Below, piece after piece: positions 12,701 to 25,571 of a DNA stretch of 64,000 nt. The position numbers and the translations under genes are program-made. Every line of letters starts with the position of its first letter. The stretch's first letter is position 1. Under the pieces are notes generated by a model that was not told where the DNA came from, searched no databases, and saw only the letters and a list, made by a program, of their open reading frames with translations. Source of the stretch: Eledone cirrhosa (Eukaryota); NCBI GenBank assembly GCA_964016885.1, contig OZ024744.1, positions 133,734,001 to 133,798,000 of the forward strand. Direction: 5' to 3'.

Positions 12701-13700
12701 GTTAAGTTGGGGTTAAGTTAAGTTGGGGTTAATTTAAGTTGGGGTTAAGTTAAGTTGGGGCTAAGTTAAGTTGAGGTTAAGTTAAGTTGGGGTTAAATTA
12801 AGTTGGGGTTAAGTTAAGTTGGGGTTAAGTTAAGTTGAGGTTAAGTTAAGTTGGGGTTAAATTAAGTTGGGGTTAAGTTAAGTTGGGGTTAAGTTAAGTC
12901 GGGGTTAAGTTAAGTTGGGGTTAAGTTAAGTTGGGGTTAATTTAAGTTGGGGTTAAGTTAAGTTGGGGCTAAGTTAAGTTGAGGTTAAGTTAAGTTGGGG
13001 TTAAATTAAGTTGGGGTTAAGTTAAGTTGGGGTTAAGTTAAGTTGGGGTTAAGTTAAGTTGAGGTTAAGTTAAGTTGGGGTTAAATTAAGTTGGGGTTAA
13101 GTTAAGTTGGGGTTAAGTTAAGTTGGGTTTAAGTTAAGTTGGGGTTAAGTTAGGTTGGGGATAAGTTAAGTTGGGGTTAAGTTAAGTTGGGGTTAAGTTA
13201 AGTTGGGGTTAAGTTAAGTTGGGGTTAATTTAAGTTGGGGTTTATTTAAGTTGGGGTTACGTTAAGTTGGTGTTAAGTTAAGTTGGGGTTAATTTAAGTT
13301 GGGGTTAATTAAGTTGGGGTTAAGTTAAGTTGGGGTTAATTTAAGTTGGGGTTGAGTTAAGTTGGGGTTAAGTTAAGTTGGGGTTATATTAAGTTGGGGT
13401 TAAGTTAAGTTGGGGTTCAGTTAAGTTGGGTATAAGTTAAGTTGGGGTTAAGTTAAGTTGGGGTTAAGTTAAGTTGGGGTTAAGTTAAGTTGGTGTTAAG
13501 TTAAGTTGGGGCTAAGTTAAGTTGGGGCTGAGTTAAGTTGGGGCTGAGTTAAGTTGGGGTTAAGTTAAGTTGGGGTCAAGTTAAGTTGGGGTTAAGCTGG
13601 GGTTAAGTAAGTTAGGTTTAAGTTAAGTTGGGGTTAAGTTAAGTTGGGGTTAAGTTAAGTTGGGGGTTAAGCTAAGTTGGGGTTAAGTTAAGTTGGGGTT

Positions 13701-13873
13701 AACCCCAACTTAACTTAACCCCAACTTCACTCAACCCCAACGTAACTCAACCCCAACTTAACTTAACCCCAACTTCACTCAACCCCAACTTAACTTAACC
13801 CCAACTTCACTCAACCACAACTTCCAACTTGACTTAACCCCAACTTAACTTAGCCCCAACTTAACTTATGCCC
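13701..13873 (-). repeat. Inverted 173-bp satellite cassette, copy 2 (type A)
   Basis: Same sequence as copy 1 (CCACAA and TTATGCCC alleles), offset +7120. Flanks are also shared, e.g. AAGCTGGGG at 6477/13597. Confidence 0.97.
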
Positions 13874-16800
13874 TAAGTCGGGGTTAAGTTAAGTTGGGGT
13901 TAAGTTAAGTTAGGCTTAACTTAAGTTGGGGTTCAGTTAAGTTGGGGGTAAGTTAAGTTGGGGGTAAGTTAAGTTGGGGTTAAGTTAAGTTGCGGTTAAG
14001 TTGGGGTTAAGTTAAGTTAGGGTTAAGTTAAGTTGGGGTTGAGTTAAGTTGGGGTTAATTAAGTGGTGGTTATGTTAAGTTGGGGTTAAGTTAAGTTGGG
14101 GTTAATTTAAATTGGGGTTAAGTTAACTTTGTGGTTAATTTAAGTTGGGGTTAAGTTAAGTTGGGGTTAAGTTGGGGTTGAGTTAAGTTGGGGTTGAGTG
14201 AAGTTGGGGTTAAGTTAAGTTGGGGTTAAGTTAAGTTGGGGTTAAGTTAGCTCGGGGTTAAGTTAAGTTGTGGTTGAGTTAAGTTGGGGTTAATTTAAGT
14301 TGGGGCTAAGTTAATTTGTGGTTAAGTTAAGTTGGGGTTAAGTTAAGTTGGGGTTAAGTTAAGTTGGGGTTGAGTTAAGTTGGGGTTGAGTTAATTTGGG
14401 GTTAAGTTAAGTTGGGGTTAAATTAAGTTGGGGTTAAATTAAGTTGGGGTTAAGTTACGTTGGGGGTAAGTTAAGTTGGGGGCAAGTTAAGTTGGGGTTA
14501 ATTTAAGTTGGGGTTAAATTAAGTTGGGGTTACGTTAAGTTGGTGTTAAGTTAAGTTGGGGTTAATTTAAATTGGGGTTAATTAAGTTGGGGTTAAGTTA
14601 AGTTGGGGTTAAGTTAAGTTGGGGTTAATTTAAGTTGGGGTTGAGTTAAGTTGGGGTTAAGTTAAGTTGGGGTTATATTAAGTTGGGGTTAAGTTAAGTT
14701 GGGGTTCAGTTAAGTTGGGGATAAGTTAAGTTGGGGTTAAGTTAAGTTGGGGTTAAGTTAAGGTGGGGTTAAGTTAAGTTGGTGTTAAGTTAAGTTGGGG
14801 CTAAGTTAAGTTGGGGCTGAGTTAAGTTGGGGCTGAGTTAAGTTGGGGTTAAGTTAAGTTGGGGTTGAGTTAAGTTGGGGTTAAGTTACGTTGGGGTCAA
14901 GTTAAGTTGGGGTTAAGTTGGGGTTAAGTTAAGTTGGGGTTAAGTTAAGTTGGGGTTAAGTTAAGTCGGGGTTAAGTTAAGTTGGGGTTAAGTTAAGTTG
15001 GGGTTAATTTAAGTTGGGGTTAAGTTAAGTTGGGGTTAAGTTAAGTTGGGGTTAAGTTAAGATGGGGTTAAGTTAAGTTGGGGTTAAGTTAAGTTGAGGT
15101 TAAGTTAAGTTGGGGTTAAATTAAGTTGGGGTTAAGTTAAGTTGGGGTTAAGTTAAGTTGGGGTTAAGTTAAGTTGGGGATAAGTTAAGTTGGGGATAAT
15201 TTAAGTTGGGGTTAAGTTAAGTTGGGTTTAAGTTAAGTTGGGGTTAAGTTAAGTTGGGGTTAAGTTAAGTTGGGGTTAAGTTAAGTTGGGGTTAAGTTAA
15301 GTTGGGGTTAAGTTAAGTTGGGGCTAAGTTAAGTTGGGGCTGAGTTAAGTTGGGGTTTATTTAAGTTGGGGTTAAGTTAAGTTGGGGTTCAGTTAAGTTG
15401 GGGTTAAGTTAAGTTGGGGTTAAGATGGGGTTAAATTAAGTTGGGGTTAAGTTAAGTTGGGGTTAAGTTAAGTTGGGGTTAAGTTAAGTTGGGGTTAAGT
15501 TAAGTCGGGGTTAAGTTAAGTCGGGGTTAAGTTAAGTTAGGGTTCAGTTAAGTTGGGGTTAACTTAAGTCGGGGTTGAGTTAAGTTGGGGTTGAGTTAAA
15601 TTGGGGTTGAGTTAAGTTGGGGTTGAGTTAAGTTGGTGTTGAGTTAAGTTGGGGTTAAGTTAAGTTGGGGTTAAGTTAAGTTGGGGTTAATTTAAGTTGG
15701 GGTTCAGTTAAGTTGGGGTTCAGTTAAGTTGGGGATAAATTAAGTTGGGGTTAAGTTAAGTTGGGGTTAAGTTAAGTTGGGGTTAAGTTAAGTTGGTGTT
15801 AAGTTAAGTTGGGGCTAAGTTAAGTTGGGGCTGAGTTAAGTTGGGGCTGAGTTAAGTTGGGGTTAAGTTAAGTTGGGGTTAAGTTAAGTTGGGGTTAATT
15901 TAAGTTGGGGTTCAGTTAAGTTGGGGTTCAGTTAAGTTGGGGCTGAGTTAAGTTGGGGTTAAGTTAAGTTGGGGTTGAGTTAAGTTGGGGTTAAGTTAAG
16001 TTGGGGTCAAGTTAAGTTGGGGTTAAGTTGGGGTTAAGTTAAGTTAGGTTTAAGTTAAGTTGGGGTTAAGTTAAGTTGGGGTTACGTTAAGTTGGTGTTA
16101 AGTTAAGTTGGGGTTAATTTAAGTTGGGGTTAATTAAGTTGGGGTTAAGTTAAGTTGGGGTTAAGTTAAGTTGGGGTTAATTTAAGTTGGGGTTGAGTTA
16201 AGTTGGGGTTAAGTTAAGTTGGGGTTATATTAAGTTGGGGTTAAGTTAAGTTGGGGTTCAGTTAAGTTGGGGATAAGTTAAGTTGGGGTTAAGTTAAGTT
16301 GGGGTTAAGTTAAGTTGGGGTTAAGTTAAGTTGGTGTTAAGTTAAGTTGGGGCTAAGTTAAGTTGGGGCTGAGTTAAGTTGGGGCTGAGTTAAGTTGGGG
16401 TTAAGTTAAGTTGGGGTTGAGTTAAGTTGGGGTTAAGTTAAGTTGGGGTCAAGTTAAGTTGGGGTTAAGTTGGGGTTAAGTTAAGTTAGGTTTAAGTTAA
16501 GTTGGGGTTAAGTTAAGTTGGGGTTAAGTTAAGTTGGGGTTAAGTTAAGTTGGGGTTAAGTTAATTTGTGGTTAAGTTAAGTTGGGGTTAAGTTAAGTTG
16601 GGGTTAAGTTAAGTTGGGGTTAAGTTAAGTTGGGGCTAAGTTAAGTTGTGGCTAAGTTAAGTTGGGGCTGAGTTAAGTTGGGGCTGAGTTAAGTTGGGGT
16701 TAAGTTAAGTTGGGGTTGAGTTAAGTTGGGGTTAAGTTAAGTTGGGGTCAAGTTAAGTTGGGGTTAAGTTGGGGTTAAGTTAAGTTAGGTTTAAGTTAAG

Positions 16801-19800
16801 TTGGGGTTAAGTTAAGTTGGGGTTAAGTTAAGTTGGGGTTAAGTTAAGTTGGGGTTAAGTTAAGTTGGGGTTAAGTTAATTTGTGGTTAAGTTAAGTTGG
16901 GGCTAAGTTAAGTTGGGGTTAAGTTAAGTTGGGGTTAAGTTAAGTCGGGGTTAAGTTAAGTTGGGGTTAAGTTAAGTTGGGGTTAATTTAAGTTGGGGTT
17001 AAGTTAAGTTGGGGTTAAGTTAAGTTGGGGTTAAGTTAAGATGGGGTTAAGTTAAGTTGGGGTCAAGTTAAGTTGGGGTTAAGTTGGGGTTAATTTAAGT
17101 TAGGTTTAAGTTAAGTTGGGGTTAAGTTAAGTTGGGGTTAAGATAAGTTGGGGTTAAGTTAAGTTGGGGTTAAGTTAAGTTGGGGTTAAGTTAAGTTGGG
17201 GTTAAGTTAAGTTGGGGTTAAGTTAAGTTGGGGCTAAGTTAAGTTGGGGCTGAGTTAAGTTGGGGTTAAGTTAAGTTGGGCTTAATTTAAGTCGGGGTTA
17301 AGTTAAGTTAGGGTTCAGTTAAGTCGGGGTTAAGTTAAGTTAGGGTTCAGTTAAGTTGGGGTCAAGTTAAGTTGGGGTTAAGTTGGGGTTAAGTTAAGTT
17401 AGGTTTAAGTTAAGTTGGGGTTGAGTTAAGTTGGGGTTGAGTTAAATTGGGGTTGAGTTAAGTTGGGGATAAGTTAAGTTGGGGTTAAGTTAAGTTGGGG
17501 TTAAGTTAAGTTGGGGTTAAGTTAAGTTGGTGTTAAGTTAAGTTGTGGCTAAGTTAAGTTGGGGCTGAGTTAAGTTGGGGCTGAGTTAAGTTGGGGTTAA
17601 GTTAAGTTGGGGTTGAGTTAAGTTGGGGTTAAGTTAAGTTGGGGTCAAGTTAAGTTGGGGTTAAGTTGGGGTTAATTTAAGTTAGGTTTAAGTTAAGTTG
17701 GGGTTAAGTTAAGTTGGGGTTAAGTTAAGTTGGGGTTAAGTTAAGTTGGGGTTAAGTTAAGTTGGGGTTAAGTTAATTTGTGGTTAAGTTAAGTTGGGGT
17801 TAAGTTAAGTTGGGGTTAAGTTAAGTTGGGGTTAAGTTAAGTCGGGGTTAAATTAAGTTGGGGTTAAGTTAAGTTGGGGTTAATTTAAGTTGGGGTTAAG
17901 TTAAGTTGGGGTTAAGTTAAGTTGGGGTTAAGTTAAGATGGGGTTAAGTTAAGTTGGGGTTAAGTTAAGTTGAGGTTAATTTAAGTTGGGGTTAAATTAA
18001 GTTGGGGTTAAGTTAAGTTGGGGTTAAGTTAAGTTGGGGTTAAGTTAAGTTGGGGATAAGTTAAGTTGGGGATAATTTAAGTTGGGGTTAAGTTAAGTTG
18101 GGTTTAAGTTAAGTTGGGGTTAAGTTAAGTTGGGGTTAAGTTAAGTTGGGGTTAAGTTAAGTTGGGGCTAAGTTAAGTTGGGGCTGAGTTAAGTTGGGGT
18201 TAAGTTAAGTTGGGGTTAAGTTAAGTTGGGGTTAAGTTAAGTTGGGGTTTATTTAAGTTGGGGTTAAATTAAGTTGGGGTTCAGTTAAGTTGGGGTTAAG
18301 ATAAGTTGGGGTTAAGATGGGGTTAAATTAAGTTGGGGTTAAGTTAAGTTGGGGTTAAGTTAAGTTGGGGTTAAGTTAAGTCGGGGTTAAGTTAAGTCGG
18401 GGTTAAGTTAAGTTAGGGTTCAGTTAAGTTGGGGTTAAGTTAAGTTGGGGTTGAGTTAAGTTGGGGTTGAGTTAAATTGGGGTTGAGTTAAGTTGGGGTT
18501 GAGTTAAGTTGGTTTTGAGTTAAGTTGGGGTTAAGTTAAGTTGGGGTTAAGTTAAGTTGCAGTTAAGTTAATTTGAGGTTAAGTTAAGTTGGGGTTAAGT
18601 TAAGTTGGGGTTTATTTAAGTTGGGGTTAAATTAAGTTGGGGTTCAGTTAAGTTGGGGTTAAGATAAGTTGGGGTTAAGATGGGGTTAAATTAAGTTGGG
18701 GTTAAGTTAAGTTGGGGTTAAGTTAAGTTGGGGTTAAGTTAAGTCGGGGTTAAGTTAAGTCGGGGTTAAGTTAAGTTAGGGTTCAGTTAAGTTGGGGTTA
18801 AGTTAAGTTGGGGTTGAGTTAAGTTGGGGTTGAGTTAAATTGGGGTTGAGTTAAGTTGGGGTTGAGTTAAGTTGGTTTTGAGTTAAGTTGGGGTTAAGTT
18901 AAGTTGGGGTTAAGTTAAGTTGCAGTTAAGTTAATTTGAGGTTAAGTTAAGGTGCGGTTAAGTTAAGTTGGGGTTAAGTTAAGTTGGGGCTAAGTTAAGT
19001 TGGGGCTAAGTTAAGTTGGGGCTAAGTTAAGTTGGGGTTAAATTAAGTTGAGGTTAATTTAATTTGGGGTTAAGTTGGGGTTAAGTTAAGTTGGGGTTAA
19101 GTTAAGTTGGGGTTAAGTTAAGTTGGGTTTAAGTTAAGTTGGGGTTAAGTTAAGTTGGGGTCAAGTTAAGTTGGGGTTAAGTTAAGTTGGTTAGTTAAGT
19201 TGAGTTTAAGTTAAGTTGGGGTTAATTTAAGTTGGGGTTAAGTTAAGTTGGGGTTAAGTTAAGTTGGGGTTAAGTTAAGTTGGGGTTAAGTTAAGTTGGG
19301 GTTAAGTTAAGTCGGGGTTAATTTAAGTCGGGGTTAAGTTAAGTTGGGGTTGAGTTAAGTTGGGGTTGAGTTAAATTGGCGTTGAGTTAAGTTGGGGTTG
19401 AGTTAAGTTGGTGTTTAGTTAAGTTGGGGTTAAGTTAAGTTGGGGTTAAGTTAAGTTGCAGTTAAGTTAAGTTGAGGTTAAGTTAAGGTGGGGTTAAGTT
19501 AAGTCGGGGTTAAGTTAAGTTGTGGTTGAGTTAAGTTGGGGTTAATTTAAGTTGGGGCTAAGTTAATTTGTGGTTAAGTTAAGTTGGGGTTAAGTTAAGT
19601 TGGGGTTAAGTTAAGTTGGGGTTGAGTTAAGTTGGGGTTGAGTTAATTTGGGGTTAAGTTAAGTTGGGGTTAAGTTAAGTTGGGTTTAAGTTAAGTTGGG
19701 GTTAAATTAAGTTGGGGTTAAATTAAGTTGGGGTTAAGTTAAGTTGGGGGTAAGTTAAGTTGGGGGCAAGTAAGTTGGGGTTAATTTAAGTTGGGGTTAA

Positions 19801-22800
19801 ATTAAGTTGGGGTTACGTTAAGTTGGTGTTAAGTTAAGTTGGGGTTAATTTAAGTTGGGGTTAATTAAGTTGGGGTTAAGTTAAGTTGGGGCTAAGTTAA
19901 GTTGGGGCTGAGTTAAGTTGGGGTTAAGTTAAGTTGGGGTTAAGTTAAGTTGGGGTTAAGTTAAGTTGGGGTTAAGTTAAGTTGGGGTTAAGTTAATTTC
20001 TGGTTAAGTTAAGTTGGGGTTAAGTTAAGTTGGGGTTAAGTTAAGTTGGGGTTAAGTTAAGTCGGTGTTAAGTTAAGTTGGGGTTAAGTTAAGTTGGGGT
20101 TAATTTAAGTTGGGGTTAAGTTAAGTTGGGGTCAAGTTAAGTTGGGGTTAAGTTGGGGTTAAGTTAAGTTAGGTTTAAGTTAAGTTGGGGTTAAGTTAAG
20201 TTGGGGTTAAGTTAAGTTGGGGTTAAGCTAAGTTGGGGTTAAGTTAATTTGTGGTTAAGTTAAGTTGGGGTTAAGTTAAGTTGGGGTTAAGTTAAGTTGG
20301 GGATAAGTTAAGTTGGGGTTAAGTTAAGTTGGGGTTAATTTAAGTTGGGGTTGAATTAAGTTGGGGTTAAGTTAAGTTGGGGTTAAATTAAGTTGGGGTT
20401 AAGTTAAGTTGGGGTTAAGTCAAGTTGGGGTTAAGTTAAGTTGGGGATAAGTTAAGTTGGGGATAATTTAAGTTGGGGTTAAGTTAAGTTGGGTTTAAGT
20501 TAAGTTGGGGTTAAGTTAAGTTGGGGTTAAGTTAAGTTGGGGTTAAGTTAAGTTGGGGTTAAGTTAAGTTGGGGTTAAGTTAAGTTGGGGCTAAGTTAAG
20601 TTGGGGCTGAGTTAAGTTGGGGTTAAGTTAAGTTGGGCTTAATTTAAGTCGGGGTTAAGTTAAGTTAGGGTTCAGTTAAGTTGGGGTTAAGTTAAGTTGG
20701 GGTTGAGTTAAGTTGGGGTTGAGTTAAATTGGGGTTGAGTTAAGTTGGGGATAAGTTAAGTTGGGGTTAAGTTAAGTTGGGGTTAAGTTAAGTTGGGGTT
20801 AAGTTAAGTTGGTGTTAAGTTAAGTTGTGGCTAAGTTAAGTTGGGGCTGAGTTAAGTTGGGGCTGAGTTAAGTTGGGGTTGAGTTAAGTTGGGGTTAAGT
20901 TAAGTTGGGGTCAAGTTAAGTTGGGGTTAAGTTGGGGTTAATTTAAGTTAGGTTTAAGTTAAGTTGGGGTTAAGTTAAGTTGGGGTTAAGTTAAGTTGGG
21001 GTTAAGTTAAGTTGGGGTTAAGTTAATTTGTGGTTAAGTTAAGTTGGGGTTAACTTAAGTTGGGGTTAAGTTAAGTTGGGGTTAAGTTAAGTCGGGGTTA
21101 AATTAAGTTGGGGTTAAGTTAAGTTGGGGTTAATTTAAGTTGGGGTTAAGTTAAGTTGGGGTTAAGTTAAGTTGGGGTTAAGTTAAGATGGGGTTAAGTT
21201 AAGTTGGGGTTAAGTTAAGTTGAGGTTAAGTTAAGTTGGGGTTAAATTAAGTTGGGGTTAAGTTAAGTTGGGGTTAAGTTAAGTTGGGGTTAAGTTAAGT
21301 TGGGGATAAGTTAAGTTGGGGATAATTTAAGTTGGGGTTAAGTTAAGTTGGGTTTAAGTTAAGTTGGGGTTAAGTTAAGTTGGGGTTAAGTTAAGTTGGG
21401 GTTAAGTTAAGTTGGGGTTAAGTTAAGTTGGGGTTAAGTTAAGTTGGGGCTAAGTTAAGTTGGGGCTGAGTTAAGTTGGGGTTAAGTTAAGTTGGGGTTA
21501 AGTTAAGTTGGGGTTAAGTTAAGTTGGGGTTTATTTAAGTTGGGGTTAAATTAAGTTGGGGTTCAGTTAAGTTGGGGTTAAGATAAGTTGGGGTTAAGAT
21601 GGGGTTAAATTAAGTTGGGGTTAAGTTAAGTTGGGGTTAAGTTAAGTTGGGGTTAAGTTAAGTCGGGGTTAAGTTAAGTCGGGGTTAAGTTAAGTTAGGG
21701 TTCAGTTAAGTTGGGGTTAAGTTAAGTTGGGGTTGAGTTAAGTTGGGGTTGAGTTAAATTGGGGTTGAGTTAAGTTGGGGTTGAGTTAAGTTGGTTTTGA
21801 GTTAAGTTGGGGTTAAGTTAAGTTGGGGTTAAGTTAAGTTGCAGTTAAGTTAAGTTGAGGTTAAGTTAAGGTGCGGTTAAGTTAAGTTGGGGTTAAGTTA
21901 AGTTGGGGCTAAGTTAAGTTGGGGCTAAGTTAAGTTGGGGCTAAGTTAAGTTGGGGTTAAGTTAAGTTGAGGTTAATTTAATTTGGGGTTAAGTTGGGGT
22001 TAAGTTAAGTTGGGGTTAAGTTAAGTTGGGGTTAAGTTAAGTTGGGTTTAAGTTAAGTTGGGGTTAAGTTAAGTTAGGGTCAAGTTAAGTTGGGGTTAAG
22101 TTAAGTTGGTTAGTTAAGTTGAGTTTAAGTTAAGTTGGGGTTAATTTAAGTTGGGGTTAAGTTAAGTTGGGGTTAAGTTAAGTTGGGGTTAAGTTAAGTT
22201 GGGGTTAAGTTAAGTTGGGGTTAAGTTAAGTCGGGGTTAATTTAAGTCGGGGTTAAGTTAAGTTGGGGTTGAGTTAAGTTGGGGTTGAGTTAAATTGGCG
22301 TTGAGTTAAGTTGGGGTTGAGTTAAGTTGGTGTTTAGTTAAGTTGGGGTTAAGTTAAGTTGGGGTTAAGTTAAGTTGCAGTTAAGTTAAGTTGAGGGTAA
22401 GTTAAGTTGGGGGCAAGTAAGTTGGGGTTAATTTAAGTTGGGGTTAAATTAAGTTGGGGTTACGTTAAGTTGGTGTTAAGTTAAGTTGGGGTTAATTTAA
22501 GTTGGGGTTAATTAAGTTGGGGTTAAGTTAAGTTGGGGTTAAGTTAAGTTGGGGTTAATTTAAGTTGGGGTTGAGTTAAGTTGGGGTTCAGTTAAGTTGG
22601 GGATAAGTTAAGTTGGGGTTAAGTTAAGTTGGGGTTAAGTTAAGTTGGGGTTAAGTTAAGTTGGGGTTAAATTAAGTTGGGGTTAAATTAAGTTGGGGTT
22701 AAGTTAAGTTGGGGGTAAGTTAAGTTGGGGGCAAGTAAGTTGGGGTTAATTTAAGTTGGGGTTAAATTAAGTTGGGGTTACGTTAAGTTGGTGTTAAGTT

Positions 22801-25398
22801 AAGTTGGGGTTAATTTAAGTTGGGGTTAATTAAGTTGGGGTTAAGTTAAGTTGGGGTTAAGTTAAGTTGGGGTTAATTTAAGTTGGGGTTGAGTTAAGTT
22901 GGGGTTCAGTTAAGTTGGGGATAAGTTAAGTTGGGGTTAAGTTAAGTTGGGGTTAAGTTAAGTTGGGGTTAAGTTAAGTTGGTGTTAAGTTAAGTTGGGG
23001 CTAAGTTAAGTTGGGGCTGAGTTAAGTTGGGGCTGATTTAAGTTGGGGTTAAGTTAAGTTGGGGTTGAGTTAAGTTGGGGTTAAGTTAAGTTGGGGTCAA
23101 GTTAAGTTGGGGTTAAGTTGGGGTTAAGTTAAGTTAGGTTTAAGTTAAGTTGGGGTTAAGTTAAGTTGGGGTTAAGTTAAGTTGGGGTTAAGTTAAGTTG
23201 GGGTTAAGTTAAGTTGGGGTTAAGTTAATTTGTGGTTAAGTTAAGTTGGGGTTAAGTTAAGTTGGGGTTAAGTTAAGTTGGGGTTAAGTTAAGTCGGGGT
23301 TAAGTTAAGTTGGGGTTAAGCTAAGTTGGGGTTAATTTAAGTTGGGGTTAAGTTAAGTTGGGGCTAAGTTAAGTTGAGGTTAAGTTAAGTTGGGGTTAAA
23401 TTAAGTTGGGGTTAAGTTAAGTTGGGGTTAAGTTAAGTTGGGGTTAAGTTAAGTTGAGGTTAAGTTAAGTTGGGGTTAAATTAAGTTGGGGTTAAGTTAA
23501 GTTGGGGTTAAGTTAAGTTGGGTTTAATTTAAGTTGGGGTTAAGTTAAGTTGGGGATAAGTTAAGTTGGGGTTAAGTTAAGTTGGGGTTAAGTTAAGTTG
23601 GGGTTAAGTTAAGTTGGGGTTAATTTAAGTTGGGGTTTATTTAAGTTGGGGTTAATTAAGTTGGGGTTAAGTTAAGTTGGGGTTAATTTAAGTTGGGGTT
23701 GAGTTAAGTTGGGGTTAAGTTAAGTTGGGGTTATATTAAGTTGGGGTTAAGTTAAGTTGGGGTTCAGTTAAGTTGGGTATGAGTTAAGTTGGGGTTAAGT
23801 TAAGTTGGGGTTAAGTTAAGTTGGGGTTAATTAAGTTGGGGTTAAGTTAAGTTGGGGTTAATTTAAGTTGGGGTTGAGTTAAGTTGGGGTTAAGTTAAGT
23901 TGGGGTTATATTAAGTTGGGGTTAAGTTAAGTTGGGGTTCAGTTAAGTTGGGTATAAGTTAAGTTGGGGTTAAGTTAAGTTGGGGTTAAGTTAAGTTGGG
24001 GTTAAGTTAAGTTGGGGTTAAGTTAAGTTGGGGCTAAGTTAAGTTGGGGCTGAGTTAAGTTGGGGCTGAGTTAAGTTGGGGTTAAGTTAAGTTGGGGTCA
24101 AGCTAAGTTGGGGTTAAGTTGGGGTTAAGTTAAGTTAGGTTTAAGTTAAGTTGGGGTTAAGTTAAGTTGGGGTTAAGTTAAGTTGGGGTTAAGTTAAGTT
24201 GGGGTTAAGTTAAGTTGGGGTTAAGTTAATTTCTGGTTAAGTTAAGTTGGGGTTAAGGTAAGTTGGGGTTAAGTTAAGTTGGGGTTAAGTTAAGTCGGGG
24301 TTAAGTTAAGTTGGGGTTAAGTTAAGTTGGGGTTAATTTAAGTTGGGGTTAAGTTAAGTTGGGGTCAAGTTAAGTTGGGGTTAAGTTGGGGTTAAGTTAA
24401 GTTAGGTTTAAGTTAAGTTGGGGTTAAGTTAAGTTGGGGTTAAGTTAAGTTGGGCTTAAGTTAAGTTGGGGTTAAGTTAAGTTGGGGTTAAGTTAATTTG
24501 TGGTTAAGTTAAGTTAGGGTTAAGTTAAGTTGGGGTTAAGTTGAGTTGGGGTTAAGTTAAGTCGGGGTTAAGTTAAGTTGGGGTTAAGTTAAGTTGGGGT
24601 TAATTTAAGTTGGGGTTGAATTAAGTTGGGGTTAAGTTAAGTTGGGGTTATATTAAGTTGGGGTTAAGTTAAGTTGGGGTTAAGTCAAGTTGGGGTTAAG
24701 TTAAGTTGGGGATAAGTTAAGTTGGGGATAATTTAAGTTGGGGTTAAGTTAAGTTGGGTTTAAGTTAAGTTGGGGTTAAGTTAAGTTGGGGTTAAGTTAA
24801 GTTGGGGTTAAGTTAAGTTGGGGTTAAGTTAAGTTGGGGTTCAGTTAAGTTGGGGTTAAGTTAAGTTGGGGTTGAGTTAAGTTGGGGTTGAGTTAAATTG
24901 GGGTTGAGTTAAGTTGGGGTTGAGTTAAGTTGGTGTTGAGTTAATTTGGGGTTAAGTTAAGTTGGGGTTAAGTTAAGGTGCGGTTAAGTTAAGTTGGGGT
25001 TAAGTTAAGTTGGGGCTAAGTTAAGTTGGGGCTAAGTTAAGTTGGGGCTAAGTTAAGTTGGGGTTAAGTTAAGTTGGGGTTAAGTTAAGTCGGGGTTAAG
25101 TTAAGTTGGGGTTAAGTTAAGTTGGGGTTAATTTAAGTTGGGGTTAAGTTAAGTCGGGGTTAAGTTAAGTTGGGGTTAAGTTAAGTTGGGGTTAAGTTAA
25201 GTTGGGTTTAAGTTAAGTTGGGGTTAAGTTAAGTTGGGGTTAAGTTAAGTTGGGGTTAAGTTAAGTTGGTTAGTTAAGTTGAGTTTAAGTTAAGTTGGGG
25301 TTAATTTAAGTTGGGGTTAAGTTATGTTGGGGTTAAGTTAAGTTGGGGTTAAGTTAAGTTGGGGTTAAGTTAAGTTGGGGTTAAGTTAAGTTGGGGTT

Positions 25399-25571
25399 AA
25401 CCCCAACTTAACTTAACCCCAACTTCACTCAACCCCAACGTAACTCAACCCCAACTTAACTTAACCCCAACTTCACTCAACCCCAACTTAACTTAACCCC
25501 AACTTCACTCAACCCCAACTTCCAACTTGACTTAACCCCAACTTAACTTAGCCCCAACTTAACTTAAGCCC
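25399..25571 (-). repeat. Inverted 173-bp satellite cassette, copy 3 (type B)
   Basis: GGGGTT|AACCCC junction at 25398/25399; ends ...TTAAGCCC at 25571. Carries CCCCAA and TTAAGCCC alleles. Confidence 0.97.
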
